Below, one piece after another: positions 17,120 to 27,432 of a stretch of 64,000 nucleotides of DNA. The stretch lies in the NCBI GenBank assembly GCA_017521965.1, contig JAFXAY010000097.1, positions 13,370-77,369 of the forward strand, written 5' to 3'. The notes under the pieces were generated by a model. That model made no database searches. It saw only the letters and a list, made by a program, of their open reading frames with translations, and was not told the DNA's origin. Positions within the stretch are counted from its first letter, which is position 1. Every line of letters begins with the position of its first letter. Made by a program: the position numbers and the translations under genes. The stretch comes from Tidjanibacter sp. GTDB lineage: Bacteria > Bacteroidota > Bacteroidia > Bacteroidales > Rikenellaceae.

Positions 17120-18184
17120 ATGGTTGAGTATAATGTTGTTTTGTCGGATAAGGTCATTTTGGTGACCGGCGCGGCGGGCTTTATTGGAGCTAATCTCGTT
17201 AAGCGTCTGCTTGACGATTTCCCGACAACCAAGGTAGTTGGAGTAGATAGCATAACAGACTACTACGATGTTCGCTTGAAGTATGAGCGACTCGAACAAC
17301 TTGGCGGATATGGTGAGCGCTTTATCTTTCTGAAAGAGAACATAGCCAACAAGGAGGCTATGATGGCTCTCTTCGAGAAATATAGGCCTCAGGTAGTGGT
17401 AAACTTGGCTGCGCAGGCAGGTGTACGTTACTCAATAACCAACCCAGATGCCTATATTGAGAGCAATCTGATAGGTTTCTATAATATCTTGGAGGCGTGC
17501 CGACACTATGATGTAGAGCATTTGGTATATGCCTCGTCGTCGAGTGTCTATGGTAGCAACAAGAAGGTGCCTTACAGCACAGACGATAAGGTAGATAACC
17601 CCGTCAGCCTCTATGCGGCAACCAAGAAGAGCAACGAGCTGATGGCTCACTCTTACAGCAAACTCTACAACATACCGAGCACAGGGTTGAGGTTTTTTAC
17701 CGTCTATGGCCCCTGCGGTCGCCCCGATATGGCATACTTCGGCTTTACCAATAAGTTGGTGGGTGGCCAGACAATTGAGATTTTCAACTACGGTAACTGC
17801 AAACGCGACTTTACCTACGTTGATGATATAGTGGAGGGTGTAGTTCGTGTGATGCAGCACGCACCCGAGAAGCAGACAGGCGAAGATGGGCTTCCAGTGC
17901 CGCCCTACAAGGTATACAATATCGGTAACAACAGCCCCGAGAATCTGCTGGACTTTGTCCAGATTCTGCAAGAGGAGCTGATAGCGGCAGGTGTTCTCCC
18001 CGTAGATTATGACTTTGAGGCGCACAAACGCCTTGTGCCTATGCAGCCGGGCGATGTGCCTGTCACCTATGCCGATACCTCGGCTTTGGAGGAGGACTTC
18101 GGCTTTAAGCCCCACACCTCACTCCGCAACGGGCTCCGAGCATTTGCTCAGTGGTATAAGGAGTTCTATGGCAACGAAAATTAA
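17120..18184 (+). CDS. NAD-dependent UDP-glucuronate 4-epimerase-like SDR
   Basis: [12 protein letters not shown] and YAATKKSNE (YxxxK). Sits directly after ugd. Confidence 0.85.
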   Translation: MVEYNVVLSDKVILVTGAAGFIGANLVKRLLDDFPTTKVVGVDSITDYYDVRLKYERLEQLGGYGERFIFLKENIANKEAMMALFEKYRPQVVVNLAAQAGVRYSITNPDAYIESNLIGFYNILEACRHYDVEHLVYASSSSVYGSNKKVPYSTDDKVDNPVSLYAATKKSNELMAHSYSKLYNIPSTGLRFFTVYGPCGRPDMAYFGFTNKLVGGQTIEIFNYGNCKRDFTYVDDIVEGVVRVMQHAPEKQTGEDGLPVPPYKVYNIGNNSPENLLDFVQILQEELIAAGVLPVDYDFEAHKRLVPMQPGDVPVTYADTSALEEDFGFKPHTSLRNGLRAFAQWYKEFYGNEN

Positions 18185-18198
18185 TACACAACAAAGAT

Positions 18199-19077
18199 AT
18201 GAAAGGAATTGTTCTGGCAGGTGGTAGTGGCACTCGCCTCTACCCAATCACCAAGGGTGTCAGCAAGCAGTTGCTCCCGATTTATGACAAGCCGATGATT
18301 TATTATCCAATTTCATCGCTAATGTTGGCAGGAATTAGGGATATTCTAATTATATCAACTCCTTTTGATCTGCCCGGCTTCAAAAGATTGTTGGGTGATG
18401 GCTCTGACTATGGTGTTCATTTTGAATATGCCGAGCAACCCTCGCCCGATGGTCTTGCCCAAGCCTTTATTATTGGTAAAGAGTTTATTGGCGATGATAG
18501 TGTTTGTTTGGTTTTAGGCGATAATATCTTCTATGGACAAGGCTTCTCTACCATGTTGAAAAATGCAGTAAATAATGTAGAAAAAGAGGGTAAAGCAACT
18601 GTGTTTGGATATTATGTTCCGGATCCCGAACGCTTTGGAGTGGCTGAAATAGATAAGGATGGCAATGTTCTAAGTATTGAAGAAAAGCCAAAGGAGCCTA
18701 AAAGTAATTATGCCGTGGTTGGTCTCTATTTTTATCCCAATAAAGTAGTTAAGGTTGCAGAATCGATTAAACCGTCGGCTCGTGGGGAGTTAGAGATTAG
18801 TTCTGTAAATGATTGGTTTCTGAAAGATGGGGAATTAAAGATTCAAATTATGGGACGTGGCTTTGCTTGGCTTGACACGGGAACTCAGGAATCGCTTTTT
18901 GATGCTTCACGTTTTGTTGAGGTTGTTGAGACTCGTCAAGGTGTGCAGGTCTCTTGTTTGGAGGAGATTGCCTGGCGTAAAGGCTGGATTACAGATGAAG
19001 ACTTGGTTCGTCTGGCAAAACCAATGAAGAAAAATGCTTATGGCCAGTATATGCTTCGATTAGTAGGCAAACGATGA
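18199..19077 (+). CDS. rfbA: glucose-1-phosphate thymidylyltransferase
   Basis: [37 protein letters not shown]. Confidence 0.97.
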   Translation: MKGIVLAGGSGTRLYPITKGVSKQLLPIYDKPMIYYPISSLMLAGIRDILIISTPFDLPGFKRLLGDGSDYGVHFEYAEQPSPDGLAQAFIIGKEFIGDDSVCLVLGDNIFYGQGFSTMLKNAVNNVEKEGKATVFGYYVPDPERFGVAEIDKDGNVLSIEEKPKEPKSNYAVVGLYFYPNKVVKVAESIKPSARGELEISSVNDWFLKDGELKIQIMGRGFAWLDTGTQESLFDASRFVEVVETRQGVQVSCLEEIAWRKGWITDEDLVRLAKPMKKNAYGQYMLRLVGKR

Positions 19078-19649
19078 ACGTAATAAAGACTGATATAGAG
19101 GGTGTTGTGATTATCGAGCCTAAGGTGTTCGGTGACGAGCGTGGCTACTTCTTCGAGAGTTTTTCGCAACCTCTTTTCGATAAACTTGTACGTCCTGTGA
19201 AGTTTGTGCAGGACAATGAGAGCAAATCCCGTTATGGTGTGTTGCGCGGTCTGCACTTCCAGAAGGGCCAACACGCACAGAGTAAGCTTGTGCGCGTGGT
19301 GAAGGGTAGGGTGCTCGATGTGGCTGTCGATATCCGTAAGGGTAGCCCCACTTTCGGAAAATATGTGGCAGTGGAACTCACCGAGGATAACCACCGCCAA
19401 TTATTTATTCCGCGCGGCTTTGCCCATGGTTTTTCCGTACTTAGTGATGAAGCTATATCTCTATATATGTGTGACAACCTCTATGCTCCAGAGAGCGAGG
19501 GCTCGATTATCTGGGACGACCCAGATATTGGTATTGATTGGGGATTAGCTGCCGAGGATGTAGTGCTCTCAGCTAAGGATATGTGCCACCCTACGCTGAA
19601 AGATGCACCCGAGTTGTTCGACTATAATGTAGATTACTATGCAGAGTAA
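19074..19649 (+). CDS. rfbC: dTDP-4-dehydrorhamnose 3,5-epimerase
   Basis: Cupin fold, [12 protein letters not shown] and LRGLHFQ motifs. 4-nt overlap with rfbA. Confidence 0.95.
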   Translation: MNVIKTDIEGVVIIEPKVFGDERGYFFESFSQPLFDKLVRPVKFVQDNESKSRYGVLRGLHFQKGQHAQSKLVRVVKGRVLDVAVDIRKGSPTFGKYVAVELTEDNHRQLFIPRGFAHGFSVLSDEAISLYMCDNLYAPESEGSIIWDDPDIGIDWGLAAEDVVLSAKDMCHPTLKDAPELFDYNVDYYAE

Positions 19650-20511
19650 GAGGATACTTATCACTGGTGCCAACGGACAACTTGGCTCGGAGATGCGCCG
19701 ATTGGGTGCAGTGTCGCCCAATGAGTATATCTTCACCGATGTAGCCGAACTCGATATCACCAACAGGGAGGCTGTGATGGCGTTTGTGGCTGATAATAAG
19801 GTGGATGTGATTGTCAACTGTGCTGCCTATACCAATGTGGATAGAGCTGAGGACGACGAGGCAACTGCCGAACTGATTAATGCTACCGCAGTGCGCAACC
19901 TGGCTGAGGCGATGAAGAGTGTGGAGGGTACTCTGTTCCACGTTTCGACCGACTATGTGTTTGGTACTGATGGAAATACACCTCGCACTGAGGAGATGCC
20001 GCTCAACCCGCTGGGAGCCTATGGCAGAACAAAACTGCATGGCGAAGAGGCGATTGCCGAGGTGGGGTGTAAGTCGATAATTATCCGTACAGCGTGGCTA
20101 TATTCGGAGTTTGGCAATAACTTCTTGAAGACTATGCTGCGCCTGACCACCGAGAAAGAGGAACTGAAAGTGGTCTTCGACCAGGTGGGCACCCCGACTT
20201 ATGCGGGTGACTTGGCACTGACTATCTTTTCGATTATCGAGGGCGATAAATATGCTGGCAATGAGGGTGTTTACCACTTTTCGAACGAGGGAGTGTGCTC
20301 GTGGTACGACTTCGCTACGGAGATTGCTGTGGCTGCCGGGCATACGAACTGTAACGTAATGCCCTGCCATAGCAACGAATTCCCCTCAAAGGTCACCAGA
20401 CCCCCCTACTCGGTATTGGATAAAACCAAAATCAAAACAACCTTCGCCATCGACATCCCCCATTGGCGCGACTCGATGCTATACTGCTTGAAGAGGTTGA
20501 AGGTAGAATAA
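19639..20511 (+). CDS. rfbD: dTDP-4-dehydrorhamnose reductase
   Basis: ILITGANGQLG, STDYVF and YGRTK motifs. Confidence 0.95.
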   Translation: MQSKRILITGANGQLGSEMRRLGAVSPNEYIFTDVAELDITNREAVMAFVADNKVDVIVNCAAYTNVDRAEDDEATAELINATAVRNLAEAMKSVEGTLFHVSTDYVFGTDGNTPRTEEMPLNPLGAYGRTKLHGEEAIAEVGCKSIIIRTAWLYSEFGNNFLKTMLRLTTEKEELKVVFDQVGTPTYAGDLALTIFSIIEGDKYAGNEGVYHFSNEGVCSWYDFATEIAVAAGHTNCNVMPCHSNEFPSKVTRPPYSVLDKTKIKTTFAIDIPHWRDSMLYCLKRLKVE

Positions 20512-20550
20512 CTCATTAATAACTTTACAAGGTTATAATTAAGAAAGAAT

Positions 20551-22008
20551 ATGGCTGAAGAGTCATTGCGCAATAAGACAGTTAAAGGAGCAAGTTGGAG
20601 TTTTGTCGATAACTTGGCTAATCAAGGAATTACTTTTTTGGTTGGTCTGGTGTTGGCTCGTTTGCTTTCAGCCGAAGAGTATGGTTTGATAGGCATTATT
20701 ACTATCTTTATTGCTGTTTTCAATAGTATTGTAGATAGTGGTTTCTCAAATGCTCTTATTCGCAAAAACGATGCGAAGGATATAGATTACAATACAGTGT
20801 TCATTACCAATATGGTTATGAGTATAGTATTGTTTTTTGCCTTATTCTTCTCCTCTTCACTTATTGCAGATTTCTTTGATCAGCCACAACTCAAACCATT
20901 GTCACAGGTGATGGCAAGTATCGTTATAATTAATGCTTTTGCCATTATTCAACGAACGTTACTTGTAAAGCAAATTGATTTTAAAACTCAGACCAAAATT
21001 TCGCTTATATCATCAATAGTGAGTGGTGTTGTTGGTATTGCGATGGCCTTTTGTAACTATGGAGTATGGAGCTTAGTGGGTCAGCAGATATCAAGACAAC
21101 TTCTCAACACTATTTTTCTGTGGGTGTTTGCAAAATGGTATCCAAAGATGCAGTTCTCATGGAGGAGTTTTAAGGAGCTATTCGGTTTTGGTTGGAAATT
21201 GTTGGTTTCAGGTCTGATTGATACAGTATGGCGCGAAATATATCAAGTGGTGATAGGTAAGTGTTATAGCCCGGCTGCATTGGGGCAATATACGAGAGCA
21301 CAGCAGTTTAGTTCGGTTTTCTCGAGTAATCTGAATAGTGTTGTTCAGAGGGTGAGTTATCCTGTGTTGAGCTCCATTCAAGACGATAAAGAACGCTTAA
21401 AACAAGCATACCGTCGAGTTATCAAGGTAACAATGTTGGTTACTTTTGTCTTGATGTTGGGCTTAGCAGCTGTTGCAAAGCCAATGATATTGGTTTTGAT
21501 TGGAGATAAATGGCTTATGGCTGCTGATCTCTTACCAATTATTTGTTTTACTATGATGCTATATCCGCTGCACTCTCTTAATCTAAATATGTTGCAGGTA
21601 CAAGGTCGTTCAGACTTATTCCTAAGGTTAGAGATTATTAAGAAGATTGTAGGTGTTATTCCAATTTTATTGGGTATATTTATCGATATATACTGGATGT
21701 TATGGGGAAGTGTGGCAACTGGCCTTTTTGCCTATTATCTTAATAGTTATTATTCGGGTAAATTACTGAATTATAATATAGTAGAACAAGTAAAGGATAT
21801 TCTGCCTTCATTTTTAATAGCTTCTTCAATGGCTGCTATAACTTATGCAGTTTCTTTGTTGCCCCTGTCACCTTTTGTCCTTCTTATCCTGCAATTATTT
21901 GTAGGTGCAGCAATTACTATTATCCTCTGCGAGAGTATTCAATTGGAAGAGTATAAAGAGATAAAAGGTATTGCATTAGCTCTCTTACAAAAGATTTTTC
22001 GAAAATAA
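20551..22008 (+). CDS. wzx: Wzx-type oligosaccharide flippase (MOP/PST family)
   Basis: 485 aa, about 12-14 TM helices, PST-type N terminus. Low GC. Confidence 0.85.
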   Translation: MAEESLRNKTVKGASWSFVDNLANQGITFLVGLVLARLLSAEEYGLIGIITIFIAVFNSIVDSGFSNALIRKNDAKDIDYNTVFITNMVMSIVLFFALFFSSSLIADFFDQPQLKPLSQVMASIVIINAFAIIQRTLLVKQIDFKTQTKISLISSIVSGVVGIAMAFCNYGVWSLVGQQISRQLLNTIFLWVFAKWYPKMQFSWRSFKELFGFGWKLLVSGLIDTVWREIYQVVIGKCYSPAALGQYTRAQQFSSVFSSNLNSVVQRVSYPVLSSIQDDKERLKQAYRRVIKVTMLVTFVLMLGLAAVAKPMILVLIGDKWLMAADLLPIICFTMMLYPLHSLNLNMLQVQGRSDLFLRLEIIKKIVGVIPILLGIFIDIYWMLWGSVATGLFAYYLNSYYSGKLLNYNIVEQVKDILPSFLIASSMAAITYAVSLLPLSPFVLLILQLFVGAAITIILCESIQLEEYKEIKGIALALLQKIFRK

Positions 22009-22023
22009 TATATTTTCTTGTTT

Positions 22024-22089
22024 ATGGAAAAGAAACAAATAACAGTTACAGCCCTTCTTCTGCCCGACTTAGAGGAGTTTGATGCTTAG
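22024..22089 (+). pseudogene. 21-codon remnant duplicating the 5' end of the DegT aminotransferase gene
   Basis: MEKKQITVTALLLPDLEEFDA* compared with MVDNKQITVTAPLLPDLEEFNAY at 23311. Nucleotide identity is high over about 60 nt. Confidence 0.65.
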
Positions 22090-22197
22090 CCCAAAGTTGC
22101 TTAGGATAACAGTAGTTGGATGCTAATAGTCAATTCCATAGATTGTTGTAATATAACTAGCTTTATATTTATTAAAGATTTATAAACAAACATTAGT

Positions 22198-23296
22198 ATG
22201 AATCAAACCCTTACCCCCCCCACTACAAAAAACACGCCAATCTAATTTTGAGTTGTTACGAATCATTTCGATGATTATAATAGTCGTACATCATTATGTT
22301 GTGAATTCGGGTTTTATTGCTTTGTATGATTATAATAATATAACTGGCAATATGCTGTTTTTGCAGTGTATGGGTTTTGGAGGGAAGATGGCTATTAACT
22401 CGTTTGTGTTGCTAAGTGGTTACTTTGTTTGCAAACAAAAAGTTACGTGGCTTAAATTACTGAAGCTATTTACAATGATATACTTTTATAATATACTTTT
22501 TTATATAGTATTTCTTTTTACAGGGCATGAAGAAATTACGCTAAAAAGTATATACAAGGTCGTTTTTAATCCTTTTTATGGAATTGAAAGAGGTTTTACA
22601 GGCTCATTTTTAGCTTTTTATTGTTTAGTACCTTTTTTGAATAGATTTTTACAATCTCTCAATCAGAAGTTGCATTTACGTTTAATACTTTTACTGTTGT
22701 TTATCTATACTTTTGTGGCTACATTCTTATTAAATACTGTTGCGTTTAGTCATATATGGTGGTATGTTACTCTTTATTTCATAGCTGCCTATATCAGATT
22801 ATATCCAAATAAATATACTGATAATAAGAAGTTGGCCTTATGGGTATTCATATGTTCTGTTTTGTTAATTTTTGCAAGTATAGTTGTTGTGGATTTTATA
22901 GGTAGCAGAATAGGTTTTACGAATTATTATCATATGTGTAATGATTCTCAGAAATTCTTAGCACTTACTGGTGGTCTTTCATTGTTTTTGTACTTTAAGA
23001 ACGTACAAATTAAGCATAGTAAATTTATAAACACTATCGCTTCCACTACTTTCGGTGTATTGCTTATTCATGCTAATAGTAATGCTATGCGTACATTCTT
23101 GTGGCAAGATACTTTACAGAATACAGCATTTTATGACTCGGCTTGGTTGCCATTGCATATGTTAATTTCAGTTGTTGGAGTATATGTGATATGTGTTGCT
23201 ATTGACTATTTAAGAATAAAATTTTTAGAGAAACCTATTTTTAGTAAGTTATCTACAAAATACTCGATATTGTATAAGGAGTGTTTCGTAGAGTAA
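22198..23296 (+). CDS. acyltransferase family 3 (O-acetyltransferase), 5' end out of frame at a poly-C tract
   Basis: ORF 22253..23296 (LRIISMIIIVVHHYV, about 10 TM). The ATG at 22198 is in another frame and rejoins the ORF if C8 becomes C7 or C10. Confidence 0.7.
22214..22221. repeat. poly-C tract (C8) inside the 5' end of the acyltransferase gene
   Basis: Eight consecutive C counted directly. Confidence 0.9.
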
Positions 23297-23310
23297 TAAA
23301 TATAAGTGCT

Positions 23311-24423
23311 ATGGTAGATAATAAACAGATAACAGTTACAGCCCCTCTTCTTCCCGACCTAGAGGAGTTTAATGCCTACCTCAAAGAGATTTGGGAAAGT
23401 AAGTGGGTGACTAATAATGGTCAGTTCCACAAACAGTTGGAACATGACCTAGCAGACTATTTGGGGGTGCCATACGTTAGCCTTTTTACAAATGGTACTT
23501 TGCCATTGCTCACGGCGTTACAAGCATTGCGTGTTACCGGTGAGGTGATTACTACTCCATATAGTTTTGTTGCCACTACCCATTGTATATGGTGGAGTGG
23601 TTGTAAACCAGTTTTTGTTGATATAGACCCAGCTACCGGTAATCTTGATCCGGAGAAAATCGAGGCTGCTATCACCCCTAAGACAACAGCGATTATGCCG
23701 GTGCACGTATATGGTAAGCCTTGCGATACTAAACGTATACAGGAGATTGCCGATAAGTATGGCTTGAAGGTTATCTATGATGCAGCACACGCTTTTGGGG
23801 TTAAGGTAGATGGTGAATCTATTCTGAATGCTGGTGATATGTCAACTCTATCGTTTCACGCAACAAAGGTCTATAACACTTTGGAGGGTGGTGCAATGGT
23901 GATGCACGACGAGGCGACTAAAAAACGTATCGATTACCTTAAAAACTTCGGCTTTGCTGGCGAAACAGAGGTTATTGCACCAGGTATCAACTCCAAGGTT
24001 GACGAGGTTCGTGCAGCCTATGGTATATTGAACCTCCGACAAGTTGATGCGGCGATTGAGGCCCGTCATCAGGTAGCAATCAAGTATCGAGAGGCGTTAC
24101 GCAGCATTGATGGCATCTCGTTTATGGAGGATATGCCAGGAGTGAAACATAATTACTCCTATTTCCCAGTGTTTATTGATGCAGAGAAATATGGCATGAC
24201 TCGCGATGAACTCTATTTTAAGATGAAAGATGCCAATGTACTGGGACGCAGATACTTCTATCCTCTCATCAGCGAGTTCTCGACCTATCGTGGCCTTCCC
24301 TCGGCAGCCCCCGAGAACTTGCCAAACGCCCACAAAATGGCAAATAGTGTAATTTGCCTGCCGATGCACCATGAACTCTCGGCAGAGGATGTCGATAGAA
24401 CCTTAGAGTTAATTATTCAGTAA
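23311..24423 (+). CDS. DegT/DnrJ/EryC1/StrS-family sugar aminotransferase
   Basis: ATG at 23311. PLP-lysine motif LSFHATKVYNTLEGG. 371 aa. Confidence 0.9.
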   Translation: MVDNKQITVTAPLLPDLEEFNAYLKEIWESKWVTNNGQFHKQLEHDLADYLGVPYVSLFTNGTLPLLTALQALRVTGEVITTPYSFVATTHCIWWSGCKPVFVDIDPATGNLDPEKIEAAITPKTTAIMPVHVYGKPCDTKRIQEIADKYGLKVIYDAAHAFGVKVDGESILNAGDMSTLSFHATKVYNTLEGGAMVMHDEATKKRIDYLKNFGFAGETEVIAPGINSKVDEVRAAYGILNLRQVDAAIEARHQVAIKYREALRSIDGISFMEDMPGVKHNYSYFPVFIDAEKYGMTRDELYFKMKDANVLGRRYFYPLISEFSTYRGLPSAAPENLPNAHKMANSVICLPMHHELSAEDVDRTLELIIQ

Positions 24424-24427
24424 AGAT

Positions 24428-25633
24428 ATGAAGCAGAAACGGTTAATGCTTCTTGGAGGTATTCGTTATCTCCTTCCCGTTATAGAAGCTGCTCATAAGC
24501 AAGGGTACTATGTTATAACAGCTGATTATTTGCCTGATAATATAGCTCATCAATACTCTGATGAATATGTGAATGTGAGTATTATTGATAAAGAGGCAGT
24601 TTTAAAGGTGGCTCGCGAGAAAGAGATAGACGGTATTATGTCTTTTGGAGTAGATCCAGGTGTAGTTTCAGCATCTTATGTTCAAGAGCAGATGGGCTTA
24701 CCATCTTTTGGCCCTCACGAAAGTGTCGTTATTTTGCAAAATAAAGATAAGTTTCGTGCCTTTCTAAAAGATAATGGTTTCAATGTACCTTGGGCTTTCG
24801 GTTTTGCTTCAATGGAAGAAGCGTTAGGCTCCAAAGATAAATTTTCATATCCTCTGATTGTGAAGCCGACAGACTCAGCTGGTAGTAAAGGCTGTACAAG
24901 AGTGGATCAGGAAGAGGAGTTGCAGAGTGCAATCGAATATGCATTTCAGTTCTCAATTAGTGGCCATATTATTGTTGAAGAATTTATTGAGAAACAAGGT
25001 TGTTCTTCTGATACTGATAGTTATGCAAAAGATGGTAAACTAAGGTTTGTTAGCTTTTCTGCTCAGCGCTTTGATAATAATGCGGTTAATCCATACACTC
25101 CCGCTGCCTATTCTTGGCCTTCGACCTTTACAGACGAAGAAGAGAAATATCTCGCAAGTGAAATACAACGCTTAATCACTTTACTAAACCTCAAAACAGC
25201 GGTCTTTAATATCGAGGTAAGAGTTGGAACTAATGGGAAACCATATATTATGGAATTGACTCCGCGAGGAGGTGGCAATCGATTGTGCGAGATGTTGCGC
25301 TATGCAACGGGCGTTGATATGATTACTGCCATTACTCGTGCTATTGTAGGTGACGAACCTGAAGAGATAGAGCAGAAGCCGTATGATGGCCATTGGGCAG
25401 AAGTGATTTTACATGCAGATAACGATGGTGAATTCGTTAGTTTAGAAATATATCCTAACTTACCTGCGGAGGTTGTGGAAAAAGACCTGTGGGTAAAACC
25501 TGGTGATTTTGTTAGGGGATTTGAGGCTGCCAATGATGCAATAGGTACTTTGGTACTTAAATTTAAGACTGCTGAGGATTTAGAGAAAGCATTGGCAAAT
25601 CAGCATGAATGGCTTAAAGTGATTGTTAAATAA
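24428..25633 (+). CDS. ATP-grasp domain carboxylate-amine ligase
   Basis: Pre-ATP-grasp Rossmann-like N terminus (RLMLLGG..), central KPTDSAGSKG, C-terminal ELTPRGGGN. 401 aa. Confidence 0.8.
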   Translation: MKQKRLMLLGGIRYLLPVIEAAHKQGYYVITADYLPDNIAHQYSDEYVNVSIIDKEAVLKVAREKEIDGIMSFGVDPGVVSASYVQEQMGLPSFGPHESVVILQNKDKFRAFLKDNGFNVPWAFGFASMEEALGSKDKFSYPLIVKPTDSAGSKGCTRVDQEEELQSAIEYAFQFSISGHIIVEEFIEKQGCSSDTDSYAKDGKLRFVSFSAQRFDNNAVNPYTPAAYSWPSTFTDEEEKYLASEIQRLITLLNLKTAVFNIEVRVGTNGKPYIMELTPRGGGNRLCEMLRYATGVDMITAITRAIVGDEPEEIEQKPYDGHWAEVILHADNDGEFVSLEIYPNLPAEVVEKDLWVKPGDFVRGFEAANDAIGTLVLKFKTAEDLEKALANQHEWLKVIVK

Positions 25634-26601
25634 TGGATAAAGCTATTGGTGGTTATAATCAGTTAGAGTTGCGTAGTGGAGGGCATTACCATAAAGACGC
25701 CTTACGTCTAAATACTGCTCGTAACTGTTTAGAGTATATTCTTCGGGTACGTAATTACAAAAAGGTATATGTACCTTACTATACTTGTGAGGTAATTTTG
25801 GAGCCATTCAATAAGTTAGATGTTGCGTATGAGTTTTACCATATTAACGAAGAATTAAATATCAAAGATGATATTAATCTTACAGAGGGAGAGGCTATAT
25901 TGTACACGAATTATTATGGTCTTAAGCAATCAAGCGTTGAGCAATTAGCTAAAAAGTACGGACCTCGTTTAATAGTGGATAATGCGCAAGCGTTTTTTGC
26001 GCCAAGAATTAACGGAATTGACACCTTTTATTCTGCAAGAAAGTTTTTTGGAGTTCCTGATGGCGCTTATTTATATATAGACGAGGAACTTACCGAGGAA
26101 TTGGAACAAGATGTATCATACGACCGAATGCAGCATTTGTTGAAACGTATTGATCTCTCTGCAGAAGCAGGGTATGATGATTTTCAACAAGTAGAGCATG
26201 AACTCTGTAATCAGCCAATTAAAAGAATGTCTAAACTTACAGAGGCTATTCTCTGTTCTATAAACTATAAGAAATGTGCTCAAATAAGGCGAAACAATTA
26301 TTTAGAGTTCGATAAATCTTTGTCTGATTGTAATGGTATTCATCTGGATGTGGATTCTAATGCGGTTCCATTGGCGTATCCTTATCTCGCTGATGATGTA
26401 GATTTACGTAATTGTCTAATATCTAGGAGGATCTATGTGCCAACATATTGGCCTAATGTTGAAGATTGGGCAGGCAATGATGCCCCTGAAACCTTAATGG
26501 CAAATAATATTCTACCTCTGCCTATTGATCAGAGGTGTGGTGTGGAGGACATGAATAGAATAATAAATATTATTTCGAATGGAACAAACAGTTTTGTTTA
26601 G
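25633..26601 (+). CDS. divergent DegT-like (PLP-fold) protein, function unknown
   Basis: Weak collinearity with DegT enzymes (NTARNCLEYIL, VDNAQAFF, SARKFFGVPDG). Assignment is tentative. Confidence 0.4.
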   Translation: MDKAIGGYNQLELRSGGHYHKDALRLNTARNCLEYILRVRNYKKVYVPYYTCEVILEPFNKLDVAYEFYHINEELNIKDDINLTEGEAILYTNYYGLKQSSVEQLAKKYGPRLIVDNAQAFFAPRINGIDTFYSARKFFGVPDGAYLYIDEELTEELEQDVSYDRMQHLLKRIDLSAEAGYDDFQQVEHELCNQPIKRMSKLTEAILCSINYKKCAQIRRNNYLEFDKSLSDCNGIHLDVDSNAVPLAYPYLADDVDLRNCLISRRIYVPTYWPNVEDWAGNDAPETLMANNILPLPIDQRCGVEDMNRIINIISNGTNSFV

Positions 26602-27184
26602 AGTTTTTGAGGAACGTGATATAGATTTTGTATATCGATGCAAGAATGACGAGAAACTCAATTCTCAAATAGTTGGACAATGGCGACCTTTTACATATGC
26701 AGACGCTTGTAAGTGGGTGCAAGGTTGTATGGTAGATCACCAAGAATATAAGTTTTGGGCTGTATGTACAAATGATGACGAGAAGCGTATTGTTGGCTGG
26801 GTTAGTTTGTCTAACATTAATTACAAAGATCAGAGTGCTCATTTTCATGGAATCGTCATTGCAGATCCAATGTATCGCGATGGGTTTGCATGGATAGAAT
26901 CATACCTTTTTATTTTAGACTATGTATTTAATAAATTGGCATTTGAATCACTAACTGGCTCGTGTTTAATTGAACATAAACACAGCACATTAATATCTCA
27001 AGCTCTCTATTTTACAGTATATGAAATAGAAAAAGAATCCATATGTAGGCATGGTAAAATGTATGATCTTGAAAAACATGTGTTAAAAAAAAATGATTAT
27101 ATAACTCATTACAATAATTCAGAATATGATATAATGTCTATTGTAATGAGAATGAGTAAATTAAGAAGACTGTCTAATTGTTAA
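26579..27184 (+). CDS. GNAT-family N-acyltransferase
   Basis: RimJ/RimL-like N terminus (LFRVFEERDIDFVYRCKND). 201 aa. 23-nt overlap with the upstream gene. Confidence 0.65.
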   Translation: MEQTVLFRVFEERDIDFVYRCKNDEKLNSQIVGQWRPFTYADACKWVQGCMVDHQEYKFWAVCTNDDEKRIVGWVSLSNINYKDQSAHFHGIVIADPMYRDGFAWIESYLFILDYVFNKLAFESLTGSCLIEHKHSTLISQALYFTVYEIEKESICRHGKMYDLEKHVLKKNDYITHYNNSEYDIMSIVMRMSKLRRLSNC

Positions 27185-27188
27185 TAAT

Positions 27189-27422
27189 ATGAATATGGAG
27201 CTAAATGAATTTGTAGCGAATTTCGCTGAGCAGTTTGATGACACAGATCCCGCTGAAATTAAGGCTGAAACCACATTTCGTGAACTTGAAGAGTGGTCAT
27301 CGCTTGTTGGTATGAGTGTTATTGCTCTCGCTAAAACAACTTATGGAAAAGCTATTACTGGAGCTGAACTTAAAACATGTCAAACTGTTGAAGATGTGTT
27401 TAATTTGATTAGCAATAAGTAG
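27189..27422 (+). CDS. acyl carrier protein
   Basis: 77 aa, acidic, four-helix pattern. Candidate phosphopantetheine serine in EEWSSLVGMSVI. Confidence 0.8.
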   Translation: MNMELNEFVANFAEQFDDTDPAEIKAETTFRELEEWSSLVGMSVIALAKTTYGKAITGAELKTCQTVEDVFNLISNK

Positions 27423-27432
27423 TAGTAAGGCT

